Source: an uncultured Pseudomonas sp. (GTDB taxonomy: Bacteria; Pseudomonadota; Gammaproteobacteria; Pseudomonadales; Pseudomonadaceae). Taken from it: DNA of 64,000 nt. Each line of letters starts with the position of its first letter. The stretch's first letter is position 1. Below are positions 1-11,734 of this stretch, one piece after another. The translations under genes and the position numbers were made by a program. The stretch covers positions 6,494-70,493 of the forward strand of contig CALUCI010000003.1 of the NCBI GenBank assembly GCA_943914515.1, in the 5' to 3' direction. The notes under the pieces are model-generated. The model ran no database searches and was not told the origin of the DNA. It was given only the letters and a program-made list of their open reading frames with translations.

Positions 1-1363
<1,363 letters not shown>

Positions 1364-1442
1364 GCCGGACTCCTTGTACGCAGGCCCATCACAGTAGCCC
1401 CGGCAACGCGGGGCAGCGACTCATTTTTTACCCGGTGGCCGA

Positions 1443-2192
1443 TCAGATCTTGAAGCCCAGCATCAGCGCACAGACCACCAGAAAACCGCAGAACAGCGAA
1501 CGCAGGACTTTCTCCGGCATGGCGTGGGCCAGCTTCACCCCCCAACTGATGCTGAGCAGGCCGCCCATCGCCAAGGGGATGCCCAGCGCCCAGTCGACAT
1601 GCTGGTGCAGGGCGTAGGTCATCAGGGTCACCGAAGTACTGGGCAGCGCCAGGGCCAGCGACAGCCCCTGAGCCACCACCTGGGTGGTGCCGAACACGCT
1701 GGTCAGCACCGGCGTTGCCACCACCGCCCCGCCTACGCCGAACAGCCCGCCCATCACCCCGGCAAAGCTGCCGAGCACACCCAGCCACGGCCAGGGATGG
1801 CGCAGCTCGCTGGACGGCGGTGTGCTACGCAGGAACATCCGCAATAGATTCCACGCAGCCAGGGCCACCAGAAACGCGACGAAGCCGATCCGCATCGCCC
1901 TCGCGTCCAGCCCCACCGCCCAGATCGAGCCGAGCCAGGCGAAGACGAAACTCGCTCCCGCCAGCGGCAGCGCATAACGCAACTCGATACGGTTGCGCTG
2001 GTGATAACGCCACAGTGCCAACAGCACGTTGGGCACCACCATCACCAGCGCGGTGCCCTGGGCCAGTTGCTGATCCAGGCCGAACAACACGCCCAGCGCC
2101 GGAATGGCGATCAAGCCACCACCAATGCCGAACAACCCGCCTACCGTGCCCAAGGCCGCGCCCAGAACGATGTACATCAACCACTCGATCAT
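1443..2192 (-). CDS. Sulfite exporter TauE/SafE family membrane protein
   Basis: Two GGLFG(I/V)GG repeats and about 8 hydrophobic helices. Confidence 0.85.
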   Translation of the reverse strand: MIEWLMYIVLGAALGTVGGLFGIGGGLIAIPALGVLFGLDQQLAQGTALVMVVPNVLLALWRYHQRNRIELRYALPLAGASFVFAWLGSIWAVGLDARAMRIGFVAFLVALAAWNLLRMFLRSTPPSSELRHPWPWLGVLGSFAGVMGGLFGVGGAVVATPVLTSVFGTTQVVAQGLSLALALPSTSVTLMTYALHQHVDWALGIPLAMGGLLSISWGVKLAHAMPEKVLRSLFCGFLVVCALMLGFKI

Positions 2193-2303
2193 GCCGACCT
2201 CATCCCGTTAACAATGGCGGGCATGCTATCGGGCCTTGGCTGGCGGGGAAACGCACAGCAGCGCACAATGGCTGTGCCAACTTCGCACAAGCGACACTTA
2301 CCG

Positions 2304-3266
2304 ATGAATCCCGATGCGCTTACCGAACAGCTCAGCCTGTTCCTCGATGTTCTGGAAACCAACAGCTTTTCGGCGGCATCACGCCGTCATCCGCTGACAC
2401 CTTCGGCGGTCGCGCGGCGCATCGACACGCTGGAGAGTGCAGTGGGCAGCCGCCTGTTCGTGCGCAGCACCCACGCCGTGCGTCCGACCCCGGCCGGCAT
2501 CGCCTTCGCCGAACGGGCACGGCGCATCGTCGAGGAGTTGCGCCTGGCCCGGGCCGAAGCGGTGTCGTTGAGCAACGCGCCGGAGGGACTGATCCGCATC
2601 GATGCGCCAGCGGCGTTCGGGCGGCGTCATCTGGCCCCGGCGATCGCCGACTTTCTGGTGGCCTACCCGGGCCTCGACGTGCAACTGCGGCTGATCGACA
2701 GCTTTGTCGACCTGCATGGCTCGCACCTCGGCGAGGTGGATCTGGTACTGCGCGCCGGCCCCCTGGCAGACACCCGCCTGGTGGCCACGCCGCTGGCGTA
2801 TATGGTGCGGATTGCCTGTGCCAGCCCGGCCTACCTGCGCCAGCGCGGTATCCCGCAGACTCCCGCCGAACTGACCGAGCACGACGGGCTGGACTGGGAT
2901 GGCCTGGCGCCGCCGTTCGCCTGGCGCTTCGAAATGGACGGGCAGATGCGCGCGTTCCGCCCGTCGCGCATGCGCATGACCGCGAACAACGCCGAAACCC
3001 TGTTGTTCGGTGCGCTCGCCGGCCTGGGCATCGCTCACCTGCCCACCTGGCTGATCAGCGAGTACCTGTTGCGCGGCGAGTTGCAGCCGCTTTTCTGCGA
3101 AAACGGTCTGCCTCCCACCGAGACAACCGGCATCTATGCTTTGCGCCTGGAACATGAAACGAACTCTCGCAGCCGTTTGCTGCTCGAATTCCTCAAGAGC
3201 CGCTTTAGTCCCGTACCGCCTTGGGATCTGGCGCTACAGCGCGAGCTGAGCTGGAAATCGCACTAA
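2304..3266 (+). CDS. LysR family transcriptional regulator
   Basis: N-terminal HTH (SFSAASRR..LTPSAVARRI..LE) and substrate-binding domain; ATG at 2304 chosen within track ORF 2001..3266; divergent from the TauE gene. Confidence 0.9.
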   Translation: MNPDALTEQLSLFLDVLETNSFSAASRRHPLTPSAVARRIDTLESAVGSRLFVRSTHAVRPTPAGIAFAERARRIVEELRLARAEAVSLSNAPEGLIRIDAPAAFGRRHLAPAIADFLVAYPGLDVQLRLIDSFVDLHGSHLGEVDLVLRAGPLADTRLVATPLAYMVRIACASPAYLRQRGIPQTPAELTEHDGLDWDGLAPPFAWRFEMDGQMRAFRPSRMRMTANNAETLLFGALAGLGIAHLPTWLISEYLLRGELQPLFCENGLPPTETTGIYALRLEHETNSRSRLLLEFLKSRFSPVPPWDLALQRELSWKSH

Positions 3267-3282
3267 AAACTTGCGTGCTAAC
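3256..3282. promoter_or_regulatory. Putative OhrR operator upstream of ohrR
   Basis: TTGCGTGCTAAC (3271-3282) matches the repeats upstream of ohr; a partial copy lies 15 bp upstream. Confidence 0.45.
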
Positions 3283-3313
3283 ATCCAAGGCTCCAACGAA
3301 GAAAAGGATTTGC

Positions 3314-3775
3314 ATGAACGCTGACACCAAAGCCTCCGATCACTGCGATGAGCTGTTGCTCGACAATCAGGTGTGCTTCGCCCTGCACTCCACGTCGCTG
3401 TTGATGACCAAAGTCTACAAACCGCTGTTGCAGGCGCTGGGACTGACTTATCCACAGTACCTGGCGATGCTGGTGCTGTGGGAACAGGACGCACTGACTG
3501 TCGGTGAAATAAGCCAGCGCCTGCTGACCGATCCGGGTTCGCTGACGCCGCTGCTCAAACGCCTCGAAGCCGAAGGGCTGCTCAAGCGCACCCGCAGCCG
3601 CGAAGACGAGCGCGTGGTGATCGTTGAACTCAGTGATGCCGGCCGCGCCCTGCGGCAACAGGCCCGGCGCATTCCGCACTGCATTCTTGGCGCCAGCGGA
3701 CAATCCGTCGAACGCCTGAAAGCTCTTCAGGCGCAACTGCTGGAACTGCGCGAGCACCTGCAAAACAGCCTCTGA
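3314..3775 (+). CDS. ohrR: Organic hydroperoxide resistance regulator (MarR family)
   Basis: LDNQVCFAL sensing-Cys motif, [16 protein letters not shown]; adjacent to ohr; ATG 3314. Confidence 0.92.
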   Translation: MNADTKASDHCDELLLDNQVCFALHSTSLLMTKVYKPLLQALGLTYPQYLAMLVLWEQDALTVGEISQRLLTDPGSLTPLLKRLEAEGLLKRTRSREDERVVIVELSDAGRALRQQARRIPHCILGASGQSVERLKALQAQLLELREHLQNSL

Positions 3776-3862
3776 ACGCTCTAGGCTCTGTACGAAACGG
3801 GGATTTCGGCGCAATCGCCGGCCCCGTTTTCCATACCGCCGGGAAAATTTCCGAAATTTATC

Positions 3863-3889
3863 TTGTGCGCTAACTATTTGCGGACTAAC
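3863..3889. promoter_or_regulatory. Putative OhrR operator upstream of ohr
   Basis: Direct repeats TTGTGCGCTAAC (3863-3874) and TTGCGGACTAAC (3878-3889) in an AT-rich promoter region. Confidence 0.5.
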
Positions 3890-3964
3890 TTAATCCCCGT
3901 ACCCAGTCAGCGCCCACGCTACGGCGCATTCGATGCAGTCATCATTTACGTTCGAGGGAATCCC

Positions 3965-4384
3965 ATGAAAGCGCTCTACACCGCAACCGTAACCTCCACC
4001 GGTGGCCGCGACGGCCGCGCCGTTTCCAGTGACGGCATTCTCGATGTGAAACTGGCCACGCCCAAGGAGCTTGGCGGCGCCGGCGGTGCAGCGACCAACC
4101 CGGAGCAACTGTTCGCTGCCGGCTACTCGGCCTGCTTCATCGGCGCGCTGAAGTTCGTCGCCGCGCAAGGCAAGCGCGCGTTGCCAGCAGACGCCACGAT
4201 TACCGCCGAGGTCGGTATTGGTCAGATCGAAGGCGGCTTCGGCCTCGATATCGACCTGCGCATCAGCCTTCCGGGCCTGGAGCAAAGCGATGCACAAGCG
4301 CTGGTCGACGCCGCGCACAAGGTCTGCCCGTACTCGAACGCAACCCGCGGCAATGTCGATGTGCGCCTGCACGTAAGCGTCTGA
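3965..4384 (+). CDS. ohr: Organic hydroperoxide resistance protein
   Basis: TNPEQLFAAGYSACF and VCPYSNATRGN motifs; ATG 3965 after GAGG. Confidence 0.96.
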   Translation: MKALYTATVTSTGGRDGRAVSSDGILDVKLATPKELGGAGGAATNPEQLFAAGYSACFIGALKFVAAQGKRALPADATITAEVGIGQIEGGFGLDIDLRISLPGLEQSDAQALVDAAHKVCPYSNATRGNVDVRLHVSV

Positions 4385-4396
4385 GGTTTTCCACAG

Positions 4397-4430
4397 GCAA
4401 AAAAAAACCGGCCAAGGCCGGTTTTTTTGC
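4397..4430. terminator. Bidirectional intrinsic terminator between ohr and efp
   Basis: A-tract, CCGGCC-AA-GGCCGG stem, T-tract between convergent genes. Confidence 0.88.
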
Positions 4431-4442
4431 GACACGCCAGTC

Positions 4443-5012
4443 TTACTTGGCGCGGCCCTTGTAGGAGCCACCGTCGCGGGTATCGATCTCGATCAGGTCG
4501 CCGATTTCGATGAAGTCGGCAACGCTCAGTTCGGTACCGTTTTTCAGTTTGGCAGGCTTCATGACCTTGCCGGAGGTGTCGCCACGGGCGGAACCTTCGG
4601 TGTAGTCGACCTGGCGAACGATGGTGGTCGGCAGTTCAACCGATACCAGGCGCTCTTCGAAGAACACGGCTTCACAGACGTCGGTCATGCCTTCTTCGAT
4701 GAACGGCAGAACGGCCTCGATGTCTTCGGCGTTCAGCTCGTACATGGTGTAGTCGGTGGTGTCCATGAAGGTGTAGGTGTCACCGTTGATGAACGACAGG
4801 GTCGCTTCTTTGCGATCCAGGATCACGTCGTCCAGCTTGTCATCGGCAGAGTAGACGGTTTCAGTCTTGTAGCCGGTCAGCAGGTTCTTCAGCTTGGTTT
4901 TCATGATCGCGCTGTTACGGCCCGATTTGGTGAATTCAGCTTTCTGAACCAGCCACGGGTCGTTGTCGATCCGCAGTACGGTACCGGGTTTCAGTTCTTT
5001 ACCAGTTTTCAT
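4443..5012 (-). CDS. efp: Translation elongation factor P (Arg32, rhamnosylated type)
   Basis: KSGRNSA loop, ARGDT motif, 189 aa, directly downstream of earP. Confidence 0.97.
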   Translation of the reverse strand: MKTGKELKPGTVLRIDNDPWLVQKAEFTKSGRNSAIMKTKLKNLLTGYKTETVYSADDKLDDVILDRKEATLSFINGDTYTFMDTTDYTMYELNAEDIEAVLPFIEEGMTDVCEAVFFEERLVSVELPTTIVRQVDYTEGSARGDTSGKVMKPAKLKNGTELSVADFIEIGDLIEIDTRDGGSYKGRAK

Positions 5013-5060
5013 CGCGAGATATCCGAATTTGGATGGATTTACAAAAATCGAGGCCGCGTA

Positions 5061-6188
5061 TCATAGCGAATTTCGATAAAACTGCACCAGCGCCGTGGCG
5101 AGGTCCGGCTGAGCGGCCTGCGCGGCGCACCATTGCCCGGCATGAGCGGCCAGTTCGTCCCAGTGGTGCAGCACCTGTTGCCACGCCTGGCCCATGTCGC
5201 GATCCATGTTCCAGGCTCGCCACAACTCCACCAGCGCCGCCGCTGCTGCCGCCGACAAGCCCTGGGTGTAAAGGTCGAGAAAGGCTTCGAGCTTCTCCCA
5301 GTGCGCGTACTCCTCCTGCACATAGATGTGCCAGAGCAACGGCCGCGCCGCCCATTGCGCGCGAACGAAGGAATCCTCGCCGCGCACGGCGTTGAAATCG
5401 CAGCTCCAGAGCACCCGGTCGTAATCGTCCTGAGACACGAACGGCAGGATCTGCACGGTCAGCGCGCCGCGCTCATGCACATCGCCGACCGCCAGCGCGT
5501 CGACACCCAGCCAAGAGCGCACGTCGCCAAGGATGCGGCCTTCGGGCACCAGCAGGTGATTGTGCCGGGCATCCTCGCTGAGCACCTGCAGCCAACTCGC
5601 CAGCCCCGGGTTCTCGTAGGCGAACAACGACAACAGTCGAGCGCCGGCCTTCGGCTCGATCCCCAACCCGCGAAGAAACGCTTCACGACCGCTCTGCTCG
5701 AACGCCTGACGCCGTGCCAGCAGGTCCGCCTCACGCAACAGCCCGCCGGTACCTGCGGTAAAACCTGGGAAAAAGAACACCTTGCGCAAGCCATTGGACT
5801 GCGGAGACGGCAGCCCGTGACAGCCTTCGACCCAGTCCTCGGCGCTCAGGTAATCAAGATTCAGCCACAGCGGCGGGCGCGGCTGCCGGACCATGGCCTC
5901 GACATAGGCCGTCGGCAACTGACAGGCAAACGCACCGATGACCACCTGCGCTGGCGCCACCGCCAGCCACTCCGCTTGCCAGTGACGCACCTCGACACCA
6001 TCGACGTGCTGCAGCAGCGCCGTCGGATCCGCCTGCGGGCACAGGCGGGTAAACGCCGCCAGTTCGTCGACCCACAGCCGCACGCTGAGGTCGTGTTCGG
6101 CCACCAGTTGCCGTGCCAGGCGCCAGGTCACGCCGATGTCGCCGTAGTTGTCGACCACGCAGCAAAAGATGTCCCAGGTCGGTTTCAT
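5061..6188 (-). CDS. earP: EF-P arginine rhamnosyltransferase
   Basis: WDIFC.VVDNYGDIGVTWRLA, LNLDYLSAE, NAVRGEDSFVRAQW; ATG at 6188. Confidence 0.95.
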   Translation of the reverse strand: MKPTWDIFCCVVDNYGDIGVTWRLARQLVAEHDLSVRLWVDELAAFTRLCPQADPTALLQHVDGVEVRHWQAEWLAVAPAQVVIGAFACQLPTAYVEAMVRQPRPPLWLNLDYLSAEDWVEGCHGLPSPQSNGLRKVFFFPGFTAGTGGLLREADLLARRQAFEQSGREAFLRGLGIEPKAGARLLSLFAYENPGLASWLQVLSEDARHNHLLVPEGRILGDVRSWLGVDALAVGDVHERGALTVQILPFVSQDDYDRVLWSCDFNAVRGEDSFVRAQWAARPLLWHIYVQEEYAHWEKLEAFLDLYTQGLSAAAAAALVELWRAWNMDRDMGQAWQQVLHHWDELAAHAGQWCAAQAAQPDLATALVQFYRNSL

Positions 6189-6324
6189 ATCAGGCACCTC
6201 TTGCGCCGCGAGCAAATAATCGCCGATTGTCCCGGTAATCCGGCGCTGACAAAAGTGCCGTCGGCAACGGAAACTGCGAACTGTCGTGCGACAATCCCGT
6301 CCCTGTCCTGGCCAGGAGGCTGCC

Positions 6325-6750
6325 ATGTCTTACCGTGCGCGTCGTCGTGAACTGAAGATTTCCCCGAAAATCCTGCCGCTGGCCTTCGCCGTGGCACTGG
6401 GCCTGTGGCTTGGTTTCATCGCTATCGGCCTGACCCTGTGGGGCGCCTGGAACTACTTGCCGGCGCTGCACGAGCCGGTGGCTGCGGTCATCAGCCCGCC
6501 CGCCCCTGCGCCGACGCTGGCGCCGCCGGCCGCCCGTCTGCCGGGTGCACATGAACAGTCGCCGGAGCAGAACCAGATGTTCGAGCAGTACCAGCAGGCC
6601 TTGCGCACCCAACAGATCGATGACGCGCAGGACCACGCCGAACAGAACCCGCGCAACCTGTCCAACCCCAAGTGCCAGTTCTGGCTGCAACAGAACCGCA
6701 CCGCACCTACCGAGAAAAGCCGGGCCAATGTCCTCGAATTCTGCCGCTGA
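6325..6750 (+). CDS. Hypothetical single-TM protein with Pro-rich linker and C-terminal Cys pair
   Basis: AGGAGG SD then ATG 6325; hydrophobic segment, Pro-rich stretch, KCQFW...EFCR. Confidence 0.7.
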   Translation: MSYRARRRELKISPKILPLAFAVALGLWLGFIAIGLTLWGAWNYLPALHEPVAAVISPPAPAPTLAPPAARLPGAHEQSPEQNQMFEQYQQALRTQQIDDAQDHAEQNPRNLSNPKCQFWLQQNRTAPTEKSRANVLEFCR

Positions 6751-6751
6751 A

Positions 6752-7234
6752 ATGAACAAGACCGACGTACTGCACTGCATCATCGAACGCCTCGGGATCG
6801 ACCTCGATACCCTCCAGCGCGCCGCCCAGACCGCCTACGAGACGGCGACGGCGGAAGAAAACATCGCCGAAAACAAATACGACACCCTCAGCCTGGAAGC
6901 GTCCTACCTGGCCACCGGCCAGGCCCGGCGCATGGAGGAAATCCGCCAGGCACGCGCCGCCTACCAGCAGTTGACCCTGCGTGATTACGACCCTGAGCGC
7001 GGCATCCAGATCAGCAACCTGGTAACCCTGGAAGACCCGCAAGGTGCCTGCCAACAGGTATTTCTCGGCCCGGAAGCCGCCGGCCTGAAGATCACCGCTG
7101 GTGACGACCTGATCACCGTGATAACCCCGCGCTCGCCACTCGGACAGAGCCTGATCGGTCGCCTCGAAGGCGATGAAATCAACCTGATGCTGGGCAACAA
7201 CCGTCAGGTCTACGAGGTGACGCAGGTGCGTTGA
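6752..7234 (+). CDS. GreA/GreB family elongation factor-like protein
   Basis: N-terminal coiled coil with AENKYDT; C-terminal VITPRSPLGQSLIG; ATG 1 bp after the upstream stop. Confidence 0.85.
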   Translation: MNKTDVLHCIIERLGIDLDTLQRAAQTAYETATAEENIAENKYDTLSLEASYLATGQARRMEEIRQARAAYQQLTLRDYDPERGIQISNLVTLEDPQGACQQVFLGPEAAGLKITAGDDLITVITPRSPLGQSLIGRLEGDEINLMLGNNRQVYEVTQVR

Positions 7235-7251
7235 TTCGGCGCCCGCGAGGC

Positions 7252-8178
7252 TCACGCCAGGGCATCGAAGCGCCTCGCCAGCCCTTGTTCGGCAAAGCGC
7301 TCAATGATGAAGTCGACGAAGGCGCGGGTCTTGCCGGGCAGCAGTTTGTGCTCGGCGTAGTACAGGCAGATGTTGCCGTCATCCACGTACCACGCCGGCA
7401 GCACCCGCACCAGGCTGCCGCGCTGCAGGTAAGGCACGGCGAACGGCATGCTCACCAGGGCAACTCCCAGGCCCTGCTCGGCAGCGGCGCAGGCGGCTTC
7501 CGAATCGCTCATGGTCATGCGCTGACGCAGGTTCAACGGCTGCTGCTCGCGCTGGCGACTGGTCAGCGGCCAGGCGCGAACCCGCCCGGTCTGCGGCGAG
7601 CGGATCAGGATGCCGTCGGCATCCTGCAGATCCTCCGGGCGCGTTATTGCCGGGCGCGCCGCGAGGTAATCTGCCGACGCCACCAATACCCGGTGGGCCG
7701 GCGCCAGCTTGCGCGCCACCACCCCGGGCGGCAGTTCGAAGCCGCCGCCAATCGCCGCGTCGAAGCCTTGGGCAATCAGGTCGACCTGACGATTGTCGAA
7801 ATGCCAGTCCGGATTGATCGCCGGGTATCGGCGCAGAAAATCCCCCAGCAACGGCACGATGTAGAGCCGCCCGAACACGGTGCCCATGCTCACTTTCAGG
7901 GTGCCGGCCGGCTGCCCTTCGGCGCTGGCCAGATTGGCCAGGGCGTACTGGATGGTCTGCAGGCTGCCGCTCACTTCATCGAGGAAACGCTGGCCGGCCT
8001 CGGTCAGGGTCAGGCTGCGCGTGGTGCGCTGAAACAGGCGTACGCCCAGTCGCGCTTCCAGGCTGGCGACATTCTTGCCCACCGCTGCCGGGGTCAGGCT
8101 CAGGCGTCTTGCCGCCTCGGCGAAGCTGCCGACTTCGGCGCTGCGGACAAAGCACTCTATGCTGCTGAAGGTTTCCAT
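7252..8178 (-). CDS. LysR family transcriptional regulator
   Basis: GSFAEAARRLSLTPAAVGKNVASLE HTH; divergent from an SDR. Confidence 0.92.
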   Translation of the reverse strand: METFSSIECFVRSAEVGSFAEAARRLSLTPAAVGKNVASLEARLGVRLFQRTTRSLTLTEAGQRFLDEVSGSLQTIQYALANLASAEGQPAGTLKVSMGTVFGRLYIVPLLGDFLRRYPAINPDWHFDNRQVDLIAQGFDAAIGGGFELPPGVVARKLAPAHRVLVASADYLAARPAITRPEDLQDADGILIRSPQTGRVRAWPLTSRQREQQPLNLRQRMTMSDSEAACAAAEQGLGVALVSMPFAVPYLQRGSLVRVLPAWYVDDGNICLYYAEHKLLPGKTRAFVDFIIERFAEQGLARRFDALA

Positions 8179-8304
8179 GGACGCACTCTAAACTGCCGGT
8201 TTATTCAGACTATAGCGATTAGCGGATTATCAGTTGCCAATCCCGGGTCGATACTGGCTCCCATCAACAGGGCATCCGGCCTTGTCAGTTCAGGAGCACA
8301 CAGC

Positions 8305-9054
8305 ATGTCCGATTCATCCAGCCTCAGCGGCAAAGTAGCACTGGTTCAGGGCGGCTCACGCGGCATTGGCGCGGCCATCGTCAAACGCCTTGCCCAACAG
8401 GGCGCCGCCGTCGCCTTCACCTACGTCAGTTCGCAGGCCGTGGCCAACGAACTGCAACAGCAGATCACCGCCAACGGCGGCAAAGCCCTCGCCTTGCGCG
8501 CCGACAGCGCCGATGCCGAGGCCGTGCAGCAGGCCGTGGATGCCACCGTGGCGCACTTCGGGCGCCTCGATATCCTGGTCAACAATGCCGGTGTGCTCGC
8601 GGTCGGCCCGCTGGAAAGCTTCAGCCTGGAAGATTTCGACCGCACCCTGGCGGTCAACGTACGCAGCGTATTCGTCGCCACTCAGGCGGCGGCCCGGCAC
8701 ATGGGCCAGGGCGGGCGCATCATCAATATCGGCAGCACCAACGCCGAACGCATGCCGTTTGCCGGTGGCGGCCCCTACGCCATGAGCAAGGCGGCGCTGG
8801 TCGGCCTGACCCGTGGCCTGGCCCGCGACCTCGGCCCACGCGGCATCACCATCAACAATGTGCAGCCCGGCCCGGTGGATACCGACATGAACCCGGCGAC
8901 CGGCGAGTTCGCCGAAAGCCTGATGGGCTTCATGGCGGTAGGCCGCTACGGCAAGGTCGAGGAAATCGCCAGTTTCGTCGCCTACCTCGCAGGCCCGGAA
9001 GCGGCCTACATCACCGGCGCCAGCCTGACCATCGACGGCGGGTTCGCTGCCTGA
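8305..9054 (+). CDS. Short-chain dehydrogenase/reductase (FabG/BdcA-like)
   Basis: GGSRGIG, NNAG, YAMSK, PGPVDTDMN; AGGAG SD before ATG 8305. Confidence 0.92.
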   Translation: MSDSSSLSGKVALVQGGSRGIGAAIVKRLAQQGAAVAFTYVSSQAVANELQQQITANGGKALALRADSADAEAVQQAVDATVAHFGRLDILVNNAGVLAVGPLESFSLEDFDRTLAVNVRSVFVATQAAARHMGQGGRIINIGSTNAERMPFAGGGPYAMSKAALVGLTRGLARDLGPRGITINNVQPGPVDTDMNPATGEFAESLMGFMAVGRYGKVEEIASFVAYLAGPEAAYITGASLTIDGGFAA

Positions 9055-9058
9055 CCTG

Positions 9059-9940
9059 TCACTCGATGGCGGCCAGGCCTTGTTCCAGCAAACGGATAAA
9101 GGCGCTGGCCGCCGGTGTCGGCGAAGTCGACCAGATCGCGTACAGGTGGCGCATCGGTGCATCGCACACCGGCACCACCGCCACCCCTTCGAAGCCTGCG
9201 GCAATGCGTGCCGGCACCAGCCCCAGCGCCAGCCCGCGCTGGACGAACCGTTCCACCAGGCCGATGGTGCCCACTTCGAACTGCACACGATGGCGCACGC
9301 CCGCCGCAATGAACGCCTCGTCGGTCTGCCGCCGCGCGCCGGTGCCGGCCTGGAAATCCACCAGCGGCTGGTCTTCCAGTTGCGCCAGGGCCAGACGTTC
9401 GACCGTCGCCAGCGGATGCGCCGGTGGCAGCACCGCCACCAGTTCCTCCCGGGCCAGCAGACGCGATACCACACCGTCCAGCGACTCACCCGGCCATACA
9501 CCGATAAACGCCACATCCAGTCGCCGCTCGCGCACATCGACGAGCATCAGTTCGCTCTTGCTCGCCAGCCAACGGATGTCCACGTCCGGGTACTGGTGGT
9601 GAAAGCCGGCCAGCAGATCCACCAGGTCGAGGCCGGTCAGCGAGCTGATCTCGCCAATCGACAGGCGCCCACGGACTTGTCCACAGGCCGCCGCGACCTC
9701 TTCACCGATGCGCCGCGCCGCCTCCAGCGCCGCGCGGGCACTGGGCACGAATGCCTCACCGGCAGGTGTCAGGCGCACCCGCCGCGAGGTCCGCTCGAAC
9801 AGTTGCGCGCCCAACTGTTCTTCAAGCCGGGCGATCTGATGGCTGAGCGCCGATTGCACCACATGGCAACGCTCGGCCGCCCGGGTGAAACTGCCGGTAT
9901 CCGCCACGGCCAGCGCGTACTCGATGGGCTTGAGGTTCAT
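9059..9940 (-). CDS. LysR family transcriptional regulator
   Basis: SFTRAAERCHVVQSALSHQIARLE HTH; divergent from an MFS gene. Confidence 0.92.
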   Translation of the reverse strand: MNLKPIEYALAVADTGSFTRAAERCHVVQSALSHQIARLEEQLGAQLFERTSRRVRLTPAGEAFVPSARAALEAARRIGEEVAAACGQVRGRLSIGEISSLTGLDLVDLLAGFHHQYPDVDIRWLASKSELMLVDVRERRLDVAFIGVWPGESLDGVVSRLLAREELVAVLPPAHPLATVERLALAQLEDQPLVDFQAGTGARRQTDEAFIAAGVRHRVQFEVGTIGLVERFVQRGLALGLVPARIAAGFEGVAVVPVCDAPMRHLYAIWSTSPTPAASAFIRLLEQGLAAIE

Positions 9941-10045
9941 GCATTTATCTTCTTTAGAGATTGATTCGATGAAAACGATACATTGGCGTCATGCTAGCGC
10001 ATTTTCGATACTGGCCTCCTTCCTCCACTGACAGCGAGACGGTCC

Positions 10046-11233
10046 ATGACCTCAACGGCTCCCCTCAGCCGCGCCCTGATTCTGCTGATGGCGACCGCCA
10101 CCGGCCTGGCGGTCGCCAGCAACTATTACGCACAGCCGTTGCTGCACAGCATCGCCGAGCACTTCGGCCTGAGCACCGCCAGCGCCGGCAGCATCGTGAT
10201 TGCCGCGCAACTGAGCTACGGCGCCGGCCTGTTGCTGCTCGCGCCGCTGGGTGATCTGTTCGAGCAGCGCCGGCTGATCGTCACCATGATCGCCATCAGC
10301 ACCGTCGGCCTGTTGATAAGTGCCTTTTCCCCCAGCCTGCCCTGGCTGCTGCTGGGCACCACGCTGACCGGACTGTTCTCGGTGGTGGCGCAAGTCCTGG
10401 TGCCGATGGCCGCAGGCCTGAGCGATCCGCAGGAGCGCGGGCGCGTGGTCGGCACGCTGATGAGCGGTCTGTTGCTGGGGATTCTGCTGGCACGCACTGC
10501 GGCCGGCTTCATGGCCTCGCTGGGTGACTGGCGCAGCATCTATCTGCTGGCCGCAGCCCTGATGGCCTTGAGTGCAATCGCCCTGGCGAGGAACCTGCCC
10601 AAACGTCATCAGCATGCCGGTCTGCGTTACCCGGCCCTGATCGCGTCGGTGTTCCGGCTGTTCGTCGATGAGCCGGTGCTGCGCCTGCGCTCGCTGCTCG
10701 GCTTGCTGTCGTTCTGCCTGTTCGCATTGTTCTGGACACCCCTGGCGTTTCTGCTGGCCGCCGAGCCCTATGGCTATTCCGATGCGGTGATTGGCCTGTT
10801 CGGCCTGGCCGGGGCTGCCGGCGCTTTTGCCGCCACCCTCGGCGGGCGTCTGGCGGACCGCGGCAAGGGCGCGCAAGGCACCACATTCGGCTTGCTCGCG
10901 CTGCTGCTGTCGTGGCTGCCACTGGCCTTCGCCCAGTCCTCGCTGGCGGCGTTGCTGATTGGCGTGCTGGTGCTCGACCTGGCGGTGCAACTGGTGCACG
11001 TCAGCAACCAGAACGCGGTGATTGCCCTGCGCCCCGAAGCGCGCAATCGCCTGAACGCCGGCTACATCACCTGCTACTTCATTGGCGGGGCGCTGGGTTC
11101 GCTGCTGGGCACCCAGTTGTTCCAGGCGTATGGCTGGAACGGCATCGTCTGCGCCGGGTTCATCATCGGCGCGATTGCCTTGCTGGTCTGGCTGCTGGCC
11201 GGGCAACGGGCAGTGTCGGCCAAGGCTGTTTAG
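10046..11233 (+). CDS. MFS transporter
   Basis: About 12 TM helices, NYYAQPLL, PLGDLFEQRR, GRLADRG. Confidence 0.9.
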   Translation: MTSTAPLSRALILLMATATGLAVASNYYAQPLLHSIAEHFGLSTASAGSIVIAAQLSYGAGLLLLAPLGDLFEQRRLIVTMIAISTVGLLISAFSPSLPWLLLGTTLTGLFSVVAQVLVPMAAGLSDPQERGRVVGTLMSGLLLGILLARTAAGFMASLGDWRSIYLLAAALMALSAIALARNLPKRHQHAGLRYPALIASVFRLFVDEPVLRLRSLLGLLSFCLFALFWTPLAFLLAAEPYGYSDAVIGLFGLAGAAGAFAATLGGRLADRGKGAQGTTFGLLALLLSWLPLAFAQSSLAALLIGVLVLDLAVQLVHVSNQNAVIALRPEARNRLNAGYITCYFIGGALGSLLGTQLFQAYGWNGIVCAGFIIGAIALLVWLLAGQRAVSAKAV

Positions 11234-11350
11234 GAGGTTTCCGATCCAGGTTGAGAAGACTCCTACCCTCTGTCGCCTGGCGATTGACTTGCCACAGTGC
11301 TCGGGGCTCAGTAGGGATTGGTCAATAGCCCTCTCAACCTGGAACCCCCT

Positions 11351-11734
11351 ATGACAAGACTCACGGTTCAATCCGGCGATTTCTTGCAAGGTGAAGGCGA
11401 GTACCGCAATGGATCGCTCACACTCAAGACCGCCACCAGCCCCTCACCGGGCGAAAAAATTTCACTCTCGCGCATCAAGGACATGAAGGTCGCCAACCAG
11501 GAGTCCAGCCGCAATCTGGGCAGTGCCATCGGCTGGGGCATGGCCGGCGCGCTGATGGCCGGGCCCATCGGCCTGATTGCCGGCCTGTGGCTGGGCGGCA
11601 AGGATGAGGAGGTGACCTTCCTGGCCACCTTCAAGGATGGTCGCAAGCTGTGCGCCGTCACCGACAGCAAGACCTGGTCGAAGCTCGACGGCAACTGGCG
11701 CCGCCAGCACCCAAAACCACTCGGCCGCGCCTGA
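11351..11734 (+). CDS. Hypothetical protein with central glycine-zipper-like segment
   Basis: GSAIGWGMAGALMAGPIGLIAGLWLGG; host-like codon usage; ATG 11351. Confidence 0.7.
   Translation: MTRLTVQSGDFLQGEGEYRNGSLTLKTATSPSPGEKISLSRIKDMKVANQESSRNLGSAIGWGMAGALMAGPIGLIAGLWLGGKDEEVTFLATFKDGRKLCAVTDSKTWSKLDGNWRRQHPKPLGRA

Noticed and set aside
7231..8304. Apparent long N-terminal extension of the SDR
   Set aside because: Antisense to the LysR gene; the true start with SD is at 8305.
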